This document shows positions 34,882 through 48,399 of a stretch of 64,000 bases of DNA, piece by piece. A program made the translations under genes and the position numbers. Positions within the stretch are counted from its first letter, which is position 1, and every line of letters begins with the position of its first letter. Source of the stretch: Carpediemonas membranifera BICM (taxonomy: Eukaryota > Protista > Fornicata); NCBI GenBank assembly GCA_019828565.1, contig JAHDYR010000032.1, positions 62,001 through 126,000 on the forward strand, written 5' to 3'. A model generated the notes under the pieces. It was given only the letters and a program-made list of their open reading frames with translations, did no database searches and was not told the origin of the DNA.

Positions 34882-35895
34882 TTAGAAGAAGCCACAGTGG
34901 CGGTACGCTCCAGGCACATCGAAGAACTTGTGGAGCTGATCGAACAACCGGATGATATACTCCGCATGATTCTCGCCAGGTGGCTTGATGGCGGCCAGTT
35001 TCCGCTTGATCGCACCGAAGACAAGCTCAATAGGGTTGAGATGCGGAGCATAACCTGGAAGGAAGATAAATCCGACACCGTATAGGTCAGACAGCCGCTC
35101 ATACAGTGTGGTATCTGTTGTTCGGTGACTCCTGGCGTTGTCTAGGACAAGCACCTTGTGCTGTCCGGCGATGAGGCTGAGCGTCTTGTGTAACACAGGC
35201 ATAAAGTCCTCCGCCTTGTAGGTCCCAGTAGTGAGCGCTCGGTGTAGAATGCCCTCGTAGCCGAGTACGGCGCAGACAGAGATTCTCTTACCGTGAGTTC
35301 CCCCGCTAGTTTTGACGACGTGCTGTCCAGCCGGGAACCAGGAATACCGTCGGCTGTCATGTGGATCAAAGCTAGTCTCGTCTAGAAAGACCAGATCGGT
35401 CATTGCGTGCCTGGCACGCACGTATACGGCGTAGTTCGCCCAGAACTCCGCCTCGCGGATGGGAGAACACTCCTTCCAACGCTTGTCTCCGAGCTTGTAG
35501 CTGTATCCAAGCTTCTTGAGAGCCAGCCTAACCGTCTCCGAGGATATTGATGTCGTCGTTGCGAGTTCCAGCTCTTTCTTAATCGCAGCAACTGTTACGA
35601 CGTCATCTTGCTCCACGTGACGCATCATGATTGTCTGCAGGATTCTTCCGTCCCGTTCGAACTTTGTTATACGCTTCTTCCTCTCCTTCTTCTCTGTAGC
35701 TCCTTCTCTGGCCTTTCTGTGGGCCTTGATGATTCTACGGACTGTAGAGATGGATATGGCATGCTCTAAATGTTCCACGATCTTTGGGGCACTAACACCG
35801 TGTTCATGGAACAGTATTACTGCCGAACGGGTCTCTACAGGGCTTGTCATCCTCGTTTGAATTTTGACCATGACTCCTGACTTTGATGTGGTCAT
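34882..35895 (-). CDS. T3 DDE transposase
   Basis: HTH region ISISTVRRII and ISSETVRLALKKLGYSYK; FLDET, VLDNARSH, PGYAPHLNPIE (37 residues between D and E). Confidence 0.93.
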   Translation of the reverse strand: MTTSKSGVMVKIQTRMTSPVETRSAVILFHEHGVSAPKIVEHLEHAISISTVRRIIKAHRKAREGATEKKERKKRITKFERDGRILQTIMMRHVEQDDVVTVAAIKKELELATTTSISSETVRLALKKLGYSYKLGDKRWKECSPIREAEFWANYAVYVRARHAMTDLVFLDETSFDPHDSRRYSWFPAGQHVVKTSGGTHGKRISVCAVLGYEGILHRALTTGTYKAEDFMPVLHKTLSLIAGQHKVLVLDNARSHRTTDTTLYERLSDLYGVGFIFLPGYAPHLNPIELVFGAIKRKLAAIKPPGENHAEYIIRLFDQLHKFFDVPGAYRHCGFF

Positions 35896-36322
35896 TTTAT
35901 TCTGGGGCAACAATAGCAATAATAATAACTGAGGCACTGACACTACCCCCCTCGAGCTGTAAGTGGGGCGTATGAATGATGGTGCCGAAGATATGTTTTG
36001 ATGTCATCAAATCTTTCGGTCAGATCTCGAGGATATTCTCCACGATATTCGCCAGGAGTCTGGGTTCGAGTCCCGGGATGGTCACTTTTGTCGAACAGCG
36101 GATCAATTGATGAGCGAGTTGTTCGTGATGACGGTATGATGTCCAGAATGAGCCTGGTGTGTTCGAAACGCGAAGGATACTGTTAGAAAGTCCTTCTTCC
36201 CCCCCTTTTCCTGCTATCGGTTCTCGATGAGGGAATGCATGATGTTCCTGTTCGAACTGCGTTCGTTCGGATGAATGGTTGTACAATAAGCAACATCAAC
36301 ATCAGATTAGGATGGGCTGATG

Positions 36323-39300
36323 TTAAAGTCGCTTTTCCAGCTTTGAGCGCTCGTCGGGCGGTAGCGTCAACAAGTAACTGTCTAATGCGACGAGCTGGCG
36401 GTTCTCTGCATCTAGAGGTTCCCACGTAGCCTCTGAGCGTTCGAATCCTGCCCAGAGGATCTTGATCAGGCCTGGTTCCTTCCTCAGGTCGTGATCCAGG
36501 ATGGCTTCGACGACAAGTTCGTCGTGATCCAGGGCCGCCATTTTGAGGGCCGCCTCTGGGCTGACGGGCGCTGCGATCATGCGCTCCCCGTGGATGTGGA
36601 CCACCTTCTTCGTAATGAGGTCCTTCAGTCGGTAGACGTTGGGGTCTTCGCCACGACCCAGGACCTTAAGTGGTCCCCGGAGGAAGGGTGAGAGCTTCTG
36701 GGGCTTCCTGCTCGGGATGATAAACGCGAACTCGTGCGGCCTCCACCTGTGGGTAGTCTTGAAGTGATCTCCCCGGCGCTTAGCCGCGTTGTACTCCTCC
36801 ACAGCATGCTTGCTCAGTGCGCGGATGCGGCCGAGGGCCTCGATGTGACTGGCGAGAGCTGTAGATGCGCGATCGGGGTCGGTGTAGCTGCGTGGGGTCT
36901 TCAAGTGTCGAGGGCTGATGCCCAGTAAGGCCTCGAGGGGTGATATTCCCCCAAGAGTGCGATGTGGAGCGGAGTTGACGAGGAATTGGGCCATATAAAG
37001 CCATCGTTGCCATTCGTTGGACTCTGCTTCCATCATGAGTTTGCGTAGAGCGCGCACGGCCGTGCCATTCGCTCGCTCAACTATACCCGAGCTCTGTGGA
37101 TGGTAGGCTGTAGCAATGTGGTGCTTGAGGGTCAATTCACTCGTAAGCTTCTCCATAAGCTTGTTGCGGTACTGGGATCCTCCATCGGTGTGGATCTCCT
37201 GAGGAATGCCGAAGCGGCCAGCGAATGCGAGTAGGGCCTGTGCGGCTGAGTCTGCCGACGTGTCCCGGACTGGAACTAGGTCGACGTACTTGGTAAAGGA
37301 GTCAATGATGGTGATGATATATCGATTGCCCCTAGTGGATTCGGGCAGGGGCCCGATCGTGTCCAGCTGGACTGTCTCGAACGGCTCTACCCTCTGCGTG
37401 CTATGCCACGCGGTCTGGCGCGCTTGGATCTGTCGAGTCTTCAGACATGCCGGACAGGTCCGAACGAAGGCGTCGATGTAGGGGTCAATGGTCTCGCGTT
37501 GAGCTGGCGTTGCCAGCCTGCGGATGATTCTGGCTGATGGGTGGCCGGCGGATCCTCCATGAAGGGTCCGGAGGATGGCGCGGGCGTCTTCTGGTATGTC
37601 GTCAGTGGTCAGGAAGCAGCAGCGACTAAGAGCGTCTGCTACAGCGTTGTCCTCCCCTGCCACATGTGATATCTCCGCGGGGAACTGCTGGAGGGTGATC
37701 CTCCAGCGCATTACCTTCGGTGAGCAGTCCGAGCGCTTCATGAGGTAGACGATATTGCGATGGTCCGTGTGGACGTGTAGGTCCGTGGCCATGGTGAACA
37801 GGGGCTGCATGTCTGATCTGGTGAGTGCACTAAGGATACCATACAGTTCCTTATCATAGGTGCACCAGCGGCGTTGCACATCAGTTAGTCTCTTGGAGAA
37901 TAACGTGACGGGCTGATGTTGGCCGTCCGCAGCGATCTGGTATAGAATACCGCCGACCGCGTTGTCGGACGCGTCTGTATAGAGATGCCAGGGTAGACCC
38001 GGGTCCGGCTGGGTGAGGGTGATGGCCTCCGCTGTGGCCTCCTTGAGGCTCTGGAGGGCCTGTTCTTGTGGATCACCCCACTCCTTGGCCTTGATTGCGT
38101 CATAGAGCGGGCCAAGAAGCTCCTGTGCGCGCGGAAGGTGCTCAGCGATGTAATTGAACATGCCAGCGATGCGTCGCATGTCCTTGACAGAGGTGGGAGA
38201 TGTGATGTCGTTGAGGGCCTTGGCTCTCTCGGGGTCCACGCTGCGACCTTGCTCCGAGATGTCGAAGCCGACGACCTTGACCTTACGGGAGGCGAACTTG
38301 CACTTCGCGAGGTTAAGTCTCAAGTCATGGCGATCGAGTAGCACTAAGGTGTGCTCTAGCGTCTGGAGGAATTCCTCCTGTGTCTTTGCGTGGATGAGGA
38401 TGTCATCAATGTAGACCATAACACCCTTGTGAAGCACGGGTGCGAGGACTCCTTGCATGACTCTTTGGAAGTGAGACGGCGCATTTGCTAGGCCGAATGG
38501 CACCCGCACGAACTCGTCATACGCGTCTGGGGTGATCATAGCTGTCTTGCGGACGTCGTCCGGGTGGACTGGGACTTGATGATACCCGGACGTGAGGTCC
38601 AGCGCCGCGAAGAAGCGTGAGCCGGATGCTTCCCGTACAAACGACTTCAAGTCGGGGAGGGGGAAGTGGTCCTTGACTGTGATCCTATTGAGAGCTGTAT
38701 AGTCAATACACAGTCTGATGGCGCCGGATGCCTTGTCTACGACGACAATGGGAGAGGCAAACGGTCCCTGTGAGGCCCGTGTGATACCTGCCGATCGCAG
38801 GCGCTGCAGCTCTTCTCTGACTTGCTCACGGCGTCTGGGATTGAGGCGGCGGGGCTTGGCTTGCACGAGGTGCTGTTCGTCCACTAGCGGGATGCGCATG
38901 GCGGGCACCTTGGCTCCTCCAGGCGCCAGGCCGTCAAAAACGTGAGGGTGCTGCTCCAATATCGCTGTGATCGGTTGCTTAAGCTCCTCGATCTCAATGT
39001 TGGGCTGTACGTTGTCGGCCAGCAGTAATTCTTCTGCTGGTCTGAAAGGAATATCGTCCCCTTCGTCTGCTGCGGTTTCTTTCACGAGCTTAACAAAAAG
39101 GCCATCGGAAGTGAGGCATCCGAGGCTTCTCAGAATATCGCAGCCTATGAGGATCAGGGGTTTTTTCCCTGGTATGATGTCGAGGTTGGCAGTGAAGCGG
39201 GTCTCGTGGCCAGTTAGGGCCACTCGGAGGTCCGCGGAGGTCCGGCCATTAGCGGTGGCCACTGACTGGTCTGCCAGTAAATAATGCCGCGTAGGGCCCG

Positions 39301-40350
39301 TTGAATGGGGTAGGGCGAGATCCTTTGCTAGTCCCTCCGAAACTCCTGAACGTCTGGCGCATGAATCAATGTGGAACACGTACTCTTGGCCATTTATATG
39401 GCCCGTAGTCTTGAGCACGTCGTCCTCGGTGTCGATCTCGGCATCGTCAAGGATCATGGCCTCGAACGGGGTCTTGGCCTTGAGCTCAGATTTGGCTCTG
39501 AGGCCGCCGCCCGACTCCCCTGGAGCGTGTCTTCTCTGAACGGGGACACTCGTTCCGCCAGTGATTGCCCTGGCAGATGGGGGCAAGGGGTCTTCGGGGG
39601 CCTGTTGGTCGGATGGATGTCGTTCGGACGCGGCTTGGAGGTGGGAGCCGCTTCCTTGGCCTTGATGGGGAGGGCCTGCTTGGTGCTGGAGGATTCGTCA
39701 GTGTCGGGGTCGCTGTTGGCCTTGGTTCTGGCCTTCTTGGTGCGCACTAGATCGTAGCCGTAGCGCGTCATGTCCAGGCGAAGCTGGTCTTCAACCCGGG
39801 CGGCCTCGGTGATGAGTTTGTACACGTCCTCGAGCTTGGTTGGCTTTCGGAGGTCATACTCCGTGCGGACGACACGTTGGAAAGCGTCAGGTGCCAGATG
39901 GGAGAGGCACAGCTTGGTGGCTTTTTCGATGACGGTATCGTCGTCGCGGGAGAGGTTCTCCTCTTCGGAGAATGTGCCCTTTGTGTAGAGCTGGAAGATG
40001 TCCTGGAATGCGTTGATGTACTTGCGCACAAGGACGGTGCGGGTGTTGAGGTCGGTGATAGTGGATTCACAGCGGACCTTGCTCAGCTCGGCGAGCCATT
40101 GGCGGGATGTCTGAGGGCCGACGAGCTTGTCGAGGTGCTTGAAGAGCTCCTCTTCGGTGATGGTTTCAGCGTTGAGGTCGAACTGTCGCTGAATGAGATC
40201 CGACAAGGCGTCGGTGAGGAAAAGGGAGGCTTTCGCGTCAGGTGCGAACACCTTGAGGCGTTGGACTTGCCTCTTGAAGGAGCGGACGCTCTCGCGGTCG
40301 AGGTTAATAGCGTCGAGCTCTGGAATTGTCATTTGGGTTTTGGCAAACAT
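36323..40350 (-). CDS. G Gag-Pol with chromodomain (frameshifts around the zinc knuckle ~39510-39590)
   Basis: HIDSCA, YIDD, TDASD, HTDGG, YHPQSSGIVER, LVVEAILDH...ILWAGFERSEATWEP. Confidence 0.92.
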
Positions 40351-42004
40351 GAGTCTGTACTAGAATCGATTCTGTGGCGACAACAGTATTTACACATAAC
40401 CTGCGAAGCAGGGGTGAGTGTGCCCGTAGTTATAAATAGCAATAATAATAACTGAGGCACTGACACAAGGTGTCCGCGCGCTTTTCGACACCGGTGCAAC
40501 AGCCAACTTTATCAGTCGCGAGCTTTTGAAGCAGCTCAAACCAATTCTTACGCGACGCATTTCTCCCCGCAAGGTACAGTTCGGCAGTGGACAAATTGTG
40601 AACGTCACTGAAGAAGCCGTTCTAGAGCTCGACCTCGGGAGATGTGTTACTTCAGGACGCCAGCTCACGGCGTTGGCCCCTTGTCTGGTACTAGAACGAC
40701 TACCATATCCTGTTGTTCTGGGATACCCCCTACTTAACGAGCTAGGCGTTGTCAGGTTCGCTTTAGGCGAGCCAGATGACGTTTCCGATACCGACAGTGA
40801 GATAGACGTGGATCTCAACGTCGCAGTGACCGATGACCAGGTAGAACCCCAATGCCTGGTCCCCGAACTGACAGCGGAGATCGACGCGATCCGCAAACGA
40901 CTCCCAGATCTGTTTGGAGGTCTGACAGCCACGCCAGCACGCGTAACCCCGTTTGATATCGAACTGGAGGACGGTTCAACGACCAATTGTCCACCGTACC
41001 GATACTCAGACGCGGTACTCGAGGAGATCAGACGCCAAACGTCCGAGCAAGAGGAGTTGGGCATTATCCAACTCTCAGAGAGTCACTACAACAGTCCCAT
41101 AGTGGCAGTCACCAAACGGGACGGAACGATCAGGCTGTGTTTAGACTTTCGACGAGTCAACGACATCACTCGGCCCGACGACCACCCCCTACCGTTAATC
41201 GACGATCTCATCGGGACCCTAGAGGGCAAGCAGTTTTTCGCAGCCATTGACCTCTCCAAGGCCTTTCTTCAAATTCCGCTTACTCCTCGTGCCCGTGCAA
41301 TCACCGCGTTCGTCGCGGCAGGACGCAAGTACGAGTACCTGCGCATGCCATTCGGTTTGCGCAACGCCGCCATTCACTGCCAACGCTGCCTGGAAGAGGT
41401 ACTAGGGCCCTCTCTGTACATCCAAGCCCTTGTCTACATCGACGACGTCGTCGTCTTTGGTGAGGACAAGGAAAGCTTCTGCAGAACTTGTCGGACGTCC
41501 TTGAGCGGCTCGACGCCGCCGGCCTCCGCATCAACCCTAGAAAGACGATCCTTGCAGCCCGCAGCATCGATTACCTCGGCTGGCATGTTTCCGCCGAGGG
41601 CAAGTCCATCAGTGAAGACCGCTTGGACCCGATCCGCATTCTGAAGGCCCCAAGCAACGTCTCAGAGGCCCGGAGCTTGCTTGGCCTCGTCAACTATTTC
41701 AGGCCGATGATTCCGAGCTTCGCGGAAACGGCTGAGCCAATCCTTGCGCTCACGCGGTCTGGCGTCGCGTGGCGGTGGGACAGCACAACGAGGCTCTGGA
41801 GGCAATCAAAGCGACACTCCTGAGCGGCTCAGTGCTCGCTCACCCTCGCCCTGGTGAACCTCTCCACCTCTATACCGACGCCAGTGACATAGGCGTCGGC
41901 GCCGTACTCACGACAGGGACAGGCTCCGACATGAGGGTCGTGTCCTACTTCTCCAAGACACTGACCCCGGTCCAACGCCGCTGGTCGACTTATGACCAAG
42001 AAGG

Positions 42005-45000
42005 TGTCGCAGGCGCAGCCGGCGCAGCCCGACTCATGACGACCTTAGACTGCGCGAGTCGTGGAGTCACACAGGGTGACTCCACGTGAGTCACTTCATC
42101 AGGGAATAAACCTTTATGCACTCAGAGCTCACACCACAGATGATATCATCTGCCAAGCACGAAGGACCCCAGCAGATGATGGCCAGCGATCGGGGACGCC
42201 CGGTGCCGGCAATGGACAACACTAACAACTCGAACAACCCTGCGGAGCGTTTCTGGTGGGAGGACATCATCCTCACCGATACTATAGCACACTCCGCGGG
42301 CCGAAACATCAGCGGCGACATGACTGGGGCTGAACAGCCCACGCCGCGGGACTCGGGGGTCGCGAACCCGGGCCCCCTGGAAGATCTCATCAGCGGGACC
42401 GCTGGGCCCCTTGAAGACCTCATCACGCCGAGGGACCAGCCCCCGCACCGACCCTTACCTTACCTTACTAACACTCCAGTTACCCCAAACACCACGCCTC
42501 CAGGTCCCCCTCAGGGGATGCCTCACGGGATGCCACCCGCACCCTGGGGAGCCAACTGGGTTCCACCCTGGGGGATGCCGTGGGCTGGATATGCCTACCC
42601 GCCGCCCATGTGGCAGGTGCCGGGCGCACCGGGAGCCACGAGCGCACCGCAACAGGACACAGCACCCGCGCTCCCGATATCGGCGCCGTGGAACCGTCCG
42701 ACCGTCTCGAGCACGCTTCCGAAGTATCCCGAGCTGCTCGTGTCGCTGGAGGACCGCTCCAGGATCGAGACGTTCCTCGACGAGCACGAAACATACGCGA
42801 ACGCATGCAGAGCAATCGGACAGAGCGCACCTCACATCTCGCATTTCGTCCAGGGCACTCTATACACGTTCCTGGTCCAAAGAAGCCCCGACGTGCTCGC
42901 TACGATCAAGTCTTTGATCGCTCCGAAGACGTTCGACTCGTCTTGGAGTCGCCTGAAGGCAATCCAGTTCAACCACAACGCAAACACCGAGACCCTCAGT
43001 CTCCGTGTGGCCTCGTACACCGCCAAGGTCGCCCAAGTCCTGGACATCACGCCGATGGATGCCAGACCGACTGAGAAGGCGGTCCGTCAACTCGTCATGC
43101 GCAAGCTGCCGAGCAAGGTCAAGGAACGCATCCAAGACAAGTTCGGGCCCGGATCCCTCGCGGAGCTGCTCAAGATCGCCCCGGACGCGGCAGACGAGAT
43201 TGCACGGGCGACGCTCGTTGCGGCCCACAGAGAAGGTCGCGCTGAACGTGAAGATCTACAACGCGGCAACCGGCGCAACGGCCGGGACCACGGCCAGAAC
43301 AGCGGCCAGAGCAGTGGACGCACGCAGCCGAAGTGCTTCGCGTGCGGCCAACCGGGTCACAAAGCGACGAAGTGCAAGTCCACCAAGCTTCTCGATGGCT
43401 GGGAGAGGAAGAAGGAAGGGGAACCGCCGACACGTATCACTCGCCAGGCGAAAGCGGCAACAGAAACGAGCAACAGCTGGCACACTCAGTTAACGCTGCT
43501 CCGGAAGGACCGCACGCCGTTGATGAGCTTCGATGCATTCTGCGACAGCGGGTGCACCTCAACACTGATCCTGCCGAGCGAATGGCAGCCCATCTTCAGA
43601 GAAGCCGGCTTCAAGACTGCCAGAAGCGCACTGAAATTTGAAGGGTTCAACCACCAGCCCCTAGAAACCGAGGCCTCCAGCGAACCCATATTCATGGAGA
43701 CCCCCGCGGGCCCGACACGCACGGCCGCGCGGGCGAGGACGCACCTCCCGGTGCATTTCGCAAGCTGGGTCGACGAGCCCACCCTCGGGCTTGACGCGCT
43801 TGCGGCGCTCGGGATGATAGACCATAGCACGGGGAACGCCGCGGCGTCCACAGACATAGGAGACCCATCGGCCGAGCCCCGGCGGCGACGTCAAGAACTC
43901 CCGCCGAAGTATCAAAAACTCGTCGAGAACTGGAGACTATTTAGTGACCAGACGGCGGACGGCGACAAGACGCTCCCCGCATACCCAATCGAGCTCATCG
44001 ACGGAGACACCACGCTACGAGAGAACGCGAGGCAGCTAAGCCCGCCGATGAGGGAGGTCGCCGCCGAGGAGATCAGACGGATGCTCCACGAGAAGGTGAT
44101 CCGCCGCGCAAGAGGGAATGACACCTACGCATCGCCGATCGTCATCGTTAGACAGAAGGGCAAGTATCGCTTCTGCATCGATTACAGGAAGCTGAACGCC
44201 GCCACACGATCGATGAGCTTGCCGACAGAGAACATAGAGGCGATGCTGGCAGCAACCCACGGGTTCTCGCACTTCGCGACGCTTGACCTGCGTCGTGGAT
44301 ACAACCAAGTCCCAATTCGGGAGGAGGACATCAGCAAGACGGCCTTCACCACACCGATGGGGCTGTTCGAGGCCACGCGGCTGCCTTTTGGGCTGAAAAA
44401 CGCCCCAGCGTTCTTTCAAGACGCGATGAACACGATCTTTCGCGAACTGATCGACACGGGAAAACTGCACATATACATAGACGACTTCCTCGTCAAGGCC
44501 CACAGCGATAAGGAACGCCTAGAGACACTCAAGCGCCTACTCCAGATCGCCGCCGAATACGACCTCCGATTCAACTTAGACAAGTGCGACCTCGCGAGCG
44601 AGGAGGTGAACTGCGTCGGATACTTGATATCCAAGGACGGGATCAGGATGGATCCAGCGAGGATCGCGGCAGTCCGCGACATGGCCAAACCGACTGACCT
44701 CGCGAGCCTGCGCCGTTTCCTCGGCGTGGCCATATTCTTCACGAGGTTCGTGCCCGACCTGGCCTCCATACTCGCGCCACTCACAGCACTTACGAGCAAG
44801 TCGAAGATGGTCAAGCGAGACTGGGACGACACTCACGACACCGCGTTCACACGGGCGAAGGAGGCGATCTCAGGCACACGCATTCTGGCCGCCCCAGATT
44901 ACACACAACCCCTCGTCGTCCGGACGGATGCCAGCAACATAGGCGTCGGCGGAGTCCTGCTACAGATCATCGACGGCGAGGAGCGACCCATCACATTTAT

Positions 45001-46861
45001 GTCGAAGAAACTCACGGCAGCCGAGCAAAACTGGACCGTGGGGGAACGTGAAGCATTCGCGATAGTCCACGCCGTCCGCCTGTGGAAGCCATATCTAGCA
45101 GGGACGCAGTTCGTCATCCAGACGGACCACGCAAACCTGCGCTTCACTGAGAGATCAGCCTCTGAAAAGATCACCGGAGGATGGAACTCCAGCAACACGA
45201 TTTCATCATAGAATACATCCCAGGCAAGCTTAACGACGTAGCAGACTGCCTCTCGAGGGCATTCCGCCTCCAACGGGTAAGGAAGCCACCACAGCGTCTA
45301 ATGGACGACGAATTCGTCTCCTTCGGGGAATCCGCGGACGCAGACGAGGAACAGGAGACAGAAGAGACGCCTACGAGGGCACAGACGCGGAAGACGGCGA
45401 CGAACAAGCGCTGGACGACGAGGCGTCGAACATCATCCAGGACGCGGCCCGTCCAACCGCAGCGACGCTCGAGGAGACCCTGGCCCAGGCGCACGGCATC
45501 GAGACGGGGCACCAAGGAGTCAACGCGACCATACGCCTCATGAAAGACGCCGGCCACTCATGGCCGGGGATGCGAGCCGCAGTCGTCGACTTCATCCTCC
45601 GGTGCCCAGTATGCCAAAAGAACATGGCCCGAGGAAACATCAAGGTCCGGCAGGGTAAGATCCCCCGCGACACACCATTCGCACGGGTTGCGATCGATAC
45701 TGTCAAGGTCACGCCGACATCCCGCTCCGGCCACAAGTACATCATGGTGATGGTGGATCACGCCACACGCTACACCGAGATATACTCGACAACCAACAAG
45801 ACAGCCGAGGACGCCGCGGCAGCCTTGCTCCACTGGATCGGACACCACGGACCCATGGAGACCCTCCACAGCGACCAGGGCACAGAGTTCAAAAACAGAG
45901 TGGTCGCAGCCCTACTGAAGCCGCTCGACGCGTCACATCACACAACCTTCAGCTATCATCCACAGGCAAATGGGATTAACGAACGAACGAACCAGACCGT
46001 GGTGAAGCTTCTCAGAAGAGTTTGCAGCGACTGGGGCACATGGGAGGATTGGCCGATAGCACTGCCCATCATACAACGCCAAGTCAACACAAGCTACCAC
46101 AGGTCCATAGGAACGACCCCGGACCAGGCGGCGCACGGCATAACGTGGAGACCGACGAACGCACTCCAGCTCATCGGTATACCGACGACGCTCGAGACGG
46201 AAGACCTCGACTCACTCAACGAAGAGATCCGACAGCTGATGCTGAAGAAGACCGCGATGATCGCCGAGAGAGAGGAAGGAAGAGGACGAGACCGAGGACG
46301 CTGAAACGATCGAGACAGGCGACTATGTGCTCCTGCTTCCGCCCCACGGCGACGGAAAGATTCGGAACATCTGGAAGGGACCTTTCCAAGTCAAGGAGCC
46401 ACACGGGCCCTTCGGATTCACCATATCCGACTTGACAGACCCGCAGAGAGAGCTGACCGTCCACCGCGAGCGAATCCGCAAGTTCCACGCTGGACCGCTT
46501 TCAGTCGAAGACCTGGTGCAGCTCGCAGCCACCGACGGCAACGAACGGCTGATTGACTCCATCCAAGACCACCGCACGACTCCCGAGGGACGTCGCGAGT
46601 TCCAGGTACGCTGGTTCGGACTCGCCGACGGTGAGGAGACCTGGGAGGACTTCGACACCCTCCGGGACACCCAGCCACTCGCGGACTACCTTGAGGCTCA
46701 TCCTGAGTCGGTCGTGGGGAGGGCATCTGTCGCAGGCGCAGCCGGCGCAGCCCGACTCATGACGACCTTAGACTGCGCGAGTCGTGGAGTCACACAGGGT
46801 GACTCCACGTGAGTCACTTCATCAGGGAATAAACCTTTATGCACTCAGAGCTCACACCACA
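42005..46861 (+). mobile_element. H: full-length chromovirus (gag-pol ~42212-46727, several frameshifts)
   Basis: Identical 134-bp LTRs at 42005-42138 and 46728-46861; TSD AAGG; PPT GGGGAGGG. CFACGQPGHKATKC, FCDSG, YIDD, TDAS, HSDQG, FQVRWFGLADGEETWE. Confidence 0.95.
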
Positions 46862-48399
46862 AAGGTTACGCCATCATCTCGGCAATAGCCAAGGCCCAAC
46901 ACTTCCTACGCGGTCGGAAATTTACACTCCACACCGATCATCGGAATCTGGTGTTCATCTCGACTGCCACCAGCCCCAAAGTCCAACGTTGGAGACTTCA
47001 GCTACAGACCTACGACTTCGACGTCGTACACGTCGCCGGCACAGACAATGGAGCAGCAGATGCCCTCAGCCGTCTACTTGCTGTTGATCTGCTTCCCCAA
47101 GAGCGAGATGAGCTCATCATGCAGACACACGGCGCCATGGAGGGCCACCTAAGCTACAAGACAGTCGTGGAACGCCTACGCGAGGCGGGACATCACTGGC
47201 GCGGCATGGTAGCTGACACCCGTCGTTTCATCGCCTCCTGTCCCACTTGCCAGATCACAAACCCCGCCTGCCCACCACAGACGAGCCAAGGTCGAACCGC
47301 GGCCCACGCCCCGTTCGAGAGGATACAAATGGACACCCTAGGCCCACTACCTCGCGCCACGACCGGTGAGGCATACATCCTCGTCCTCATAGATACCTTT
47401 TCCAAGTACACCAAACTGTACCCAACCACAACATGCTCGGCCCGAGAGGCCGCTGATGCAATAATTGACTGGTCAGCCCACTTTGGTCGACCCAAGGAGA
47501 TCCAGTCAGATAACGCCTCCCAGTTTACTGCTCGCACGATCCACGCGCTTCACGATCGCCTCCACATCGATCATCGTTTTTCCGCACCATATCATCCAGC
47601 CGCCAACGGCATAGTTGAACGACAGAACGCCGAAATTATCAAATACATGCGCGCGTTACTCTTTGACGCACGTGAGGAACAGACAAACTGGCCCAAGCTG
47701 ATCCCCGCTGTCACTCATATCCTGAATAGCACGCCCAACACCCGCAGCAAGCTCTCCCCGTTGAAACTCTTATTCAACGCCAACTTCAGCCCGGTAGATC
47801 CGTCCACGCTCATCGAGGACGAACAACTCGCGCAGGAGGTGGTGCAGTTCAACGAAGACATACGCAAATGGCACGCCATACAGGAGGAAATGTTGGCCGC
47901 CCAGCAACGCCAACGCCCAGCGACCGGTCACAAGTACCAACCAGACGATTATGTCCTCCTTCATCCGACCAACAGGCCTTCTAAGCTGGACCGCAGAGTA
48001 CGCGGCCCCCTGTTGGTCGTGGGGGCAGGCAATGTCCGCGACACGGTCGAACTCCAAGACCTGGTGTCACTGGCCACATTTACGGTGCATGCGGACCGCC
48101 TCACGCCGTTCCAGACGAACCTCCCAAGAGACGCGCTCACAGACTACGCCACGAGACAGACTGGCGAGTTCATCGTGGACAGGATCCGAGACATGAACGA
48201 GACCAAGGGCGAGCTCTATCTCACCATCGAGTGGAGCGGCTACGAGCCCGAGGAAGCTACCGTCGAGCGATACAACCTCGATCTCGACCAGCTCGCCGCC
48301 CTCGATAAGTATCTCGAGGAACACCCAGAGGCAGTGGAGGTGGTGAGCAGGCACCGCAGACGGCTCCGGGGTCAACGCCAACATCGACGCCGCACCAAG

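Larger units (their letters stand above)
34255..35913 (-). mobile_element. T3: intact Tc1/IS630-like DD37E transposon with partner gene
   Basis: Perfect 30-bp TIRs TTGTTGCCCCAGAATAAAATGACCACATCA (34255-34284 / 35884-35913), TA duplication. Confidence 0.96.
34189..40465 (-). mobile_element. G: full-length chromovirus whose 3' LTR is split by T3
   Basis: 93-bp LTRs at 40373-40465 and 34189-34254 + 35916-35942; TSD CAAG; PPT 35943-35953. Confidence 0.95.
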
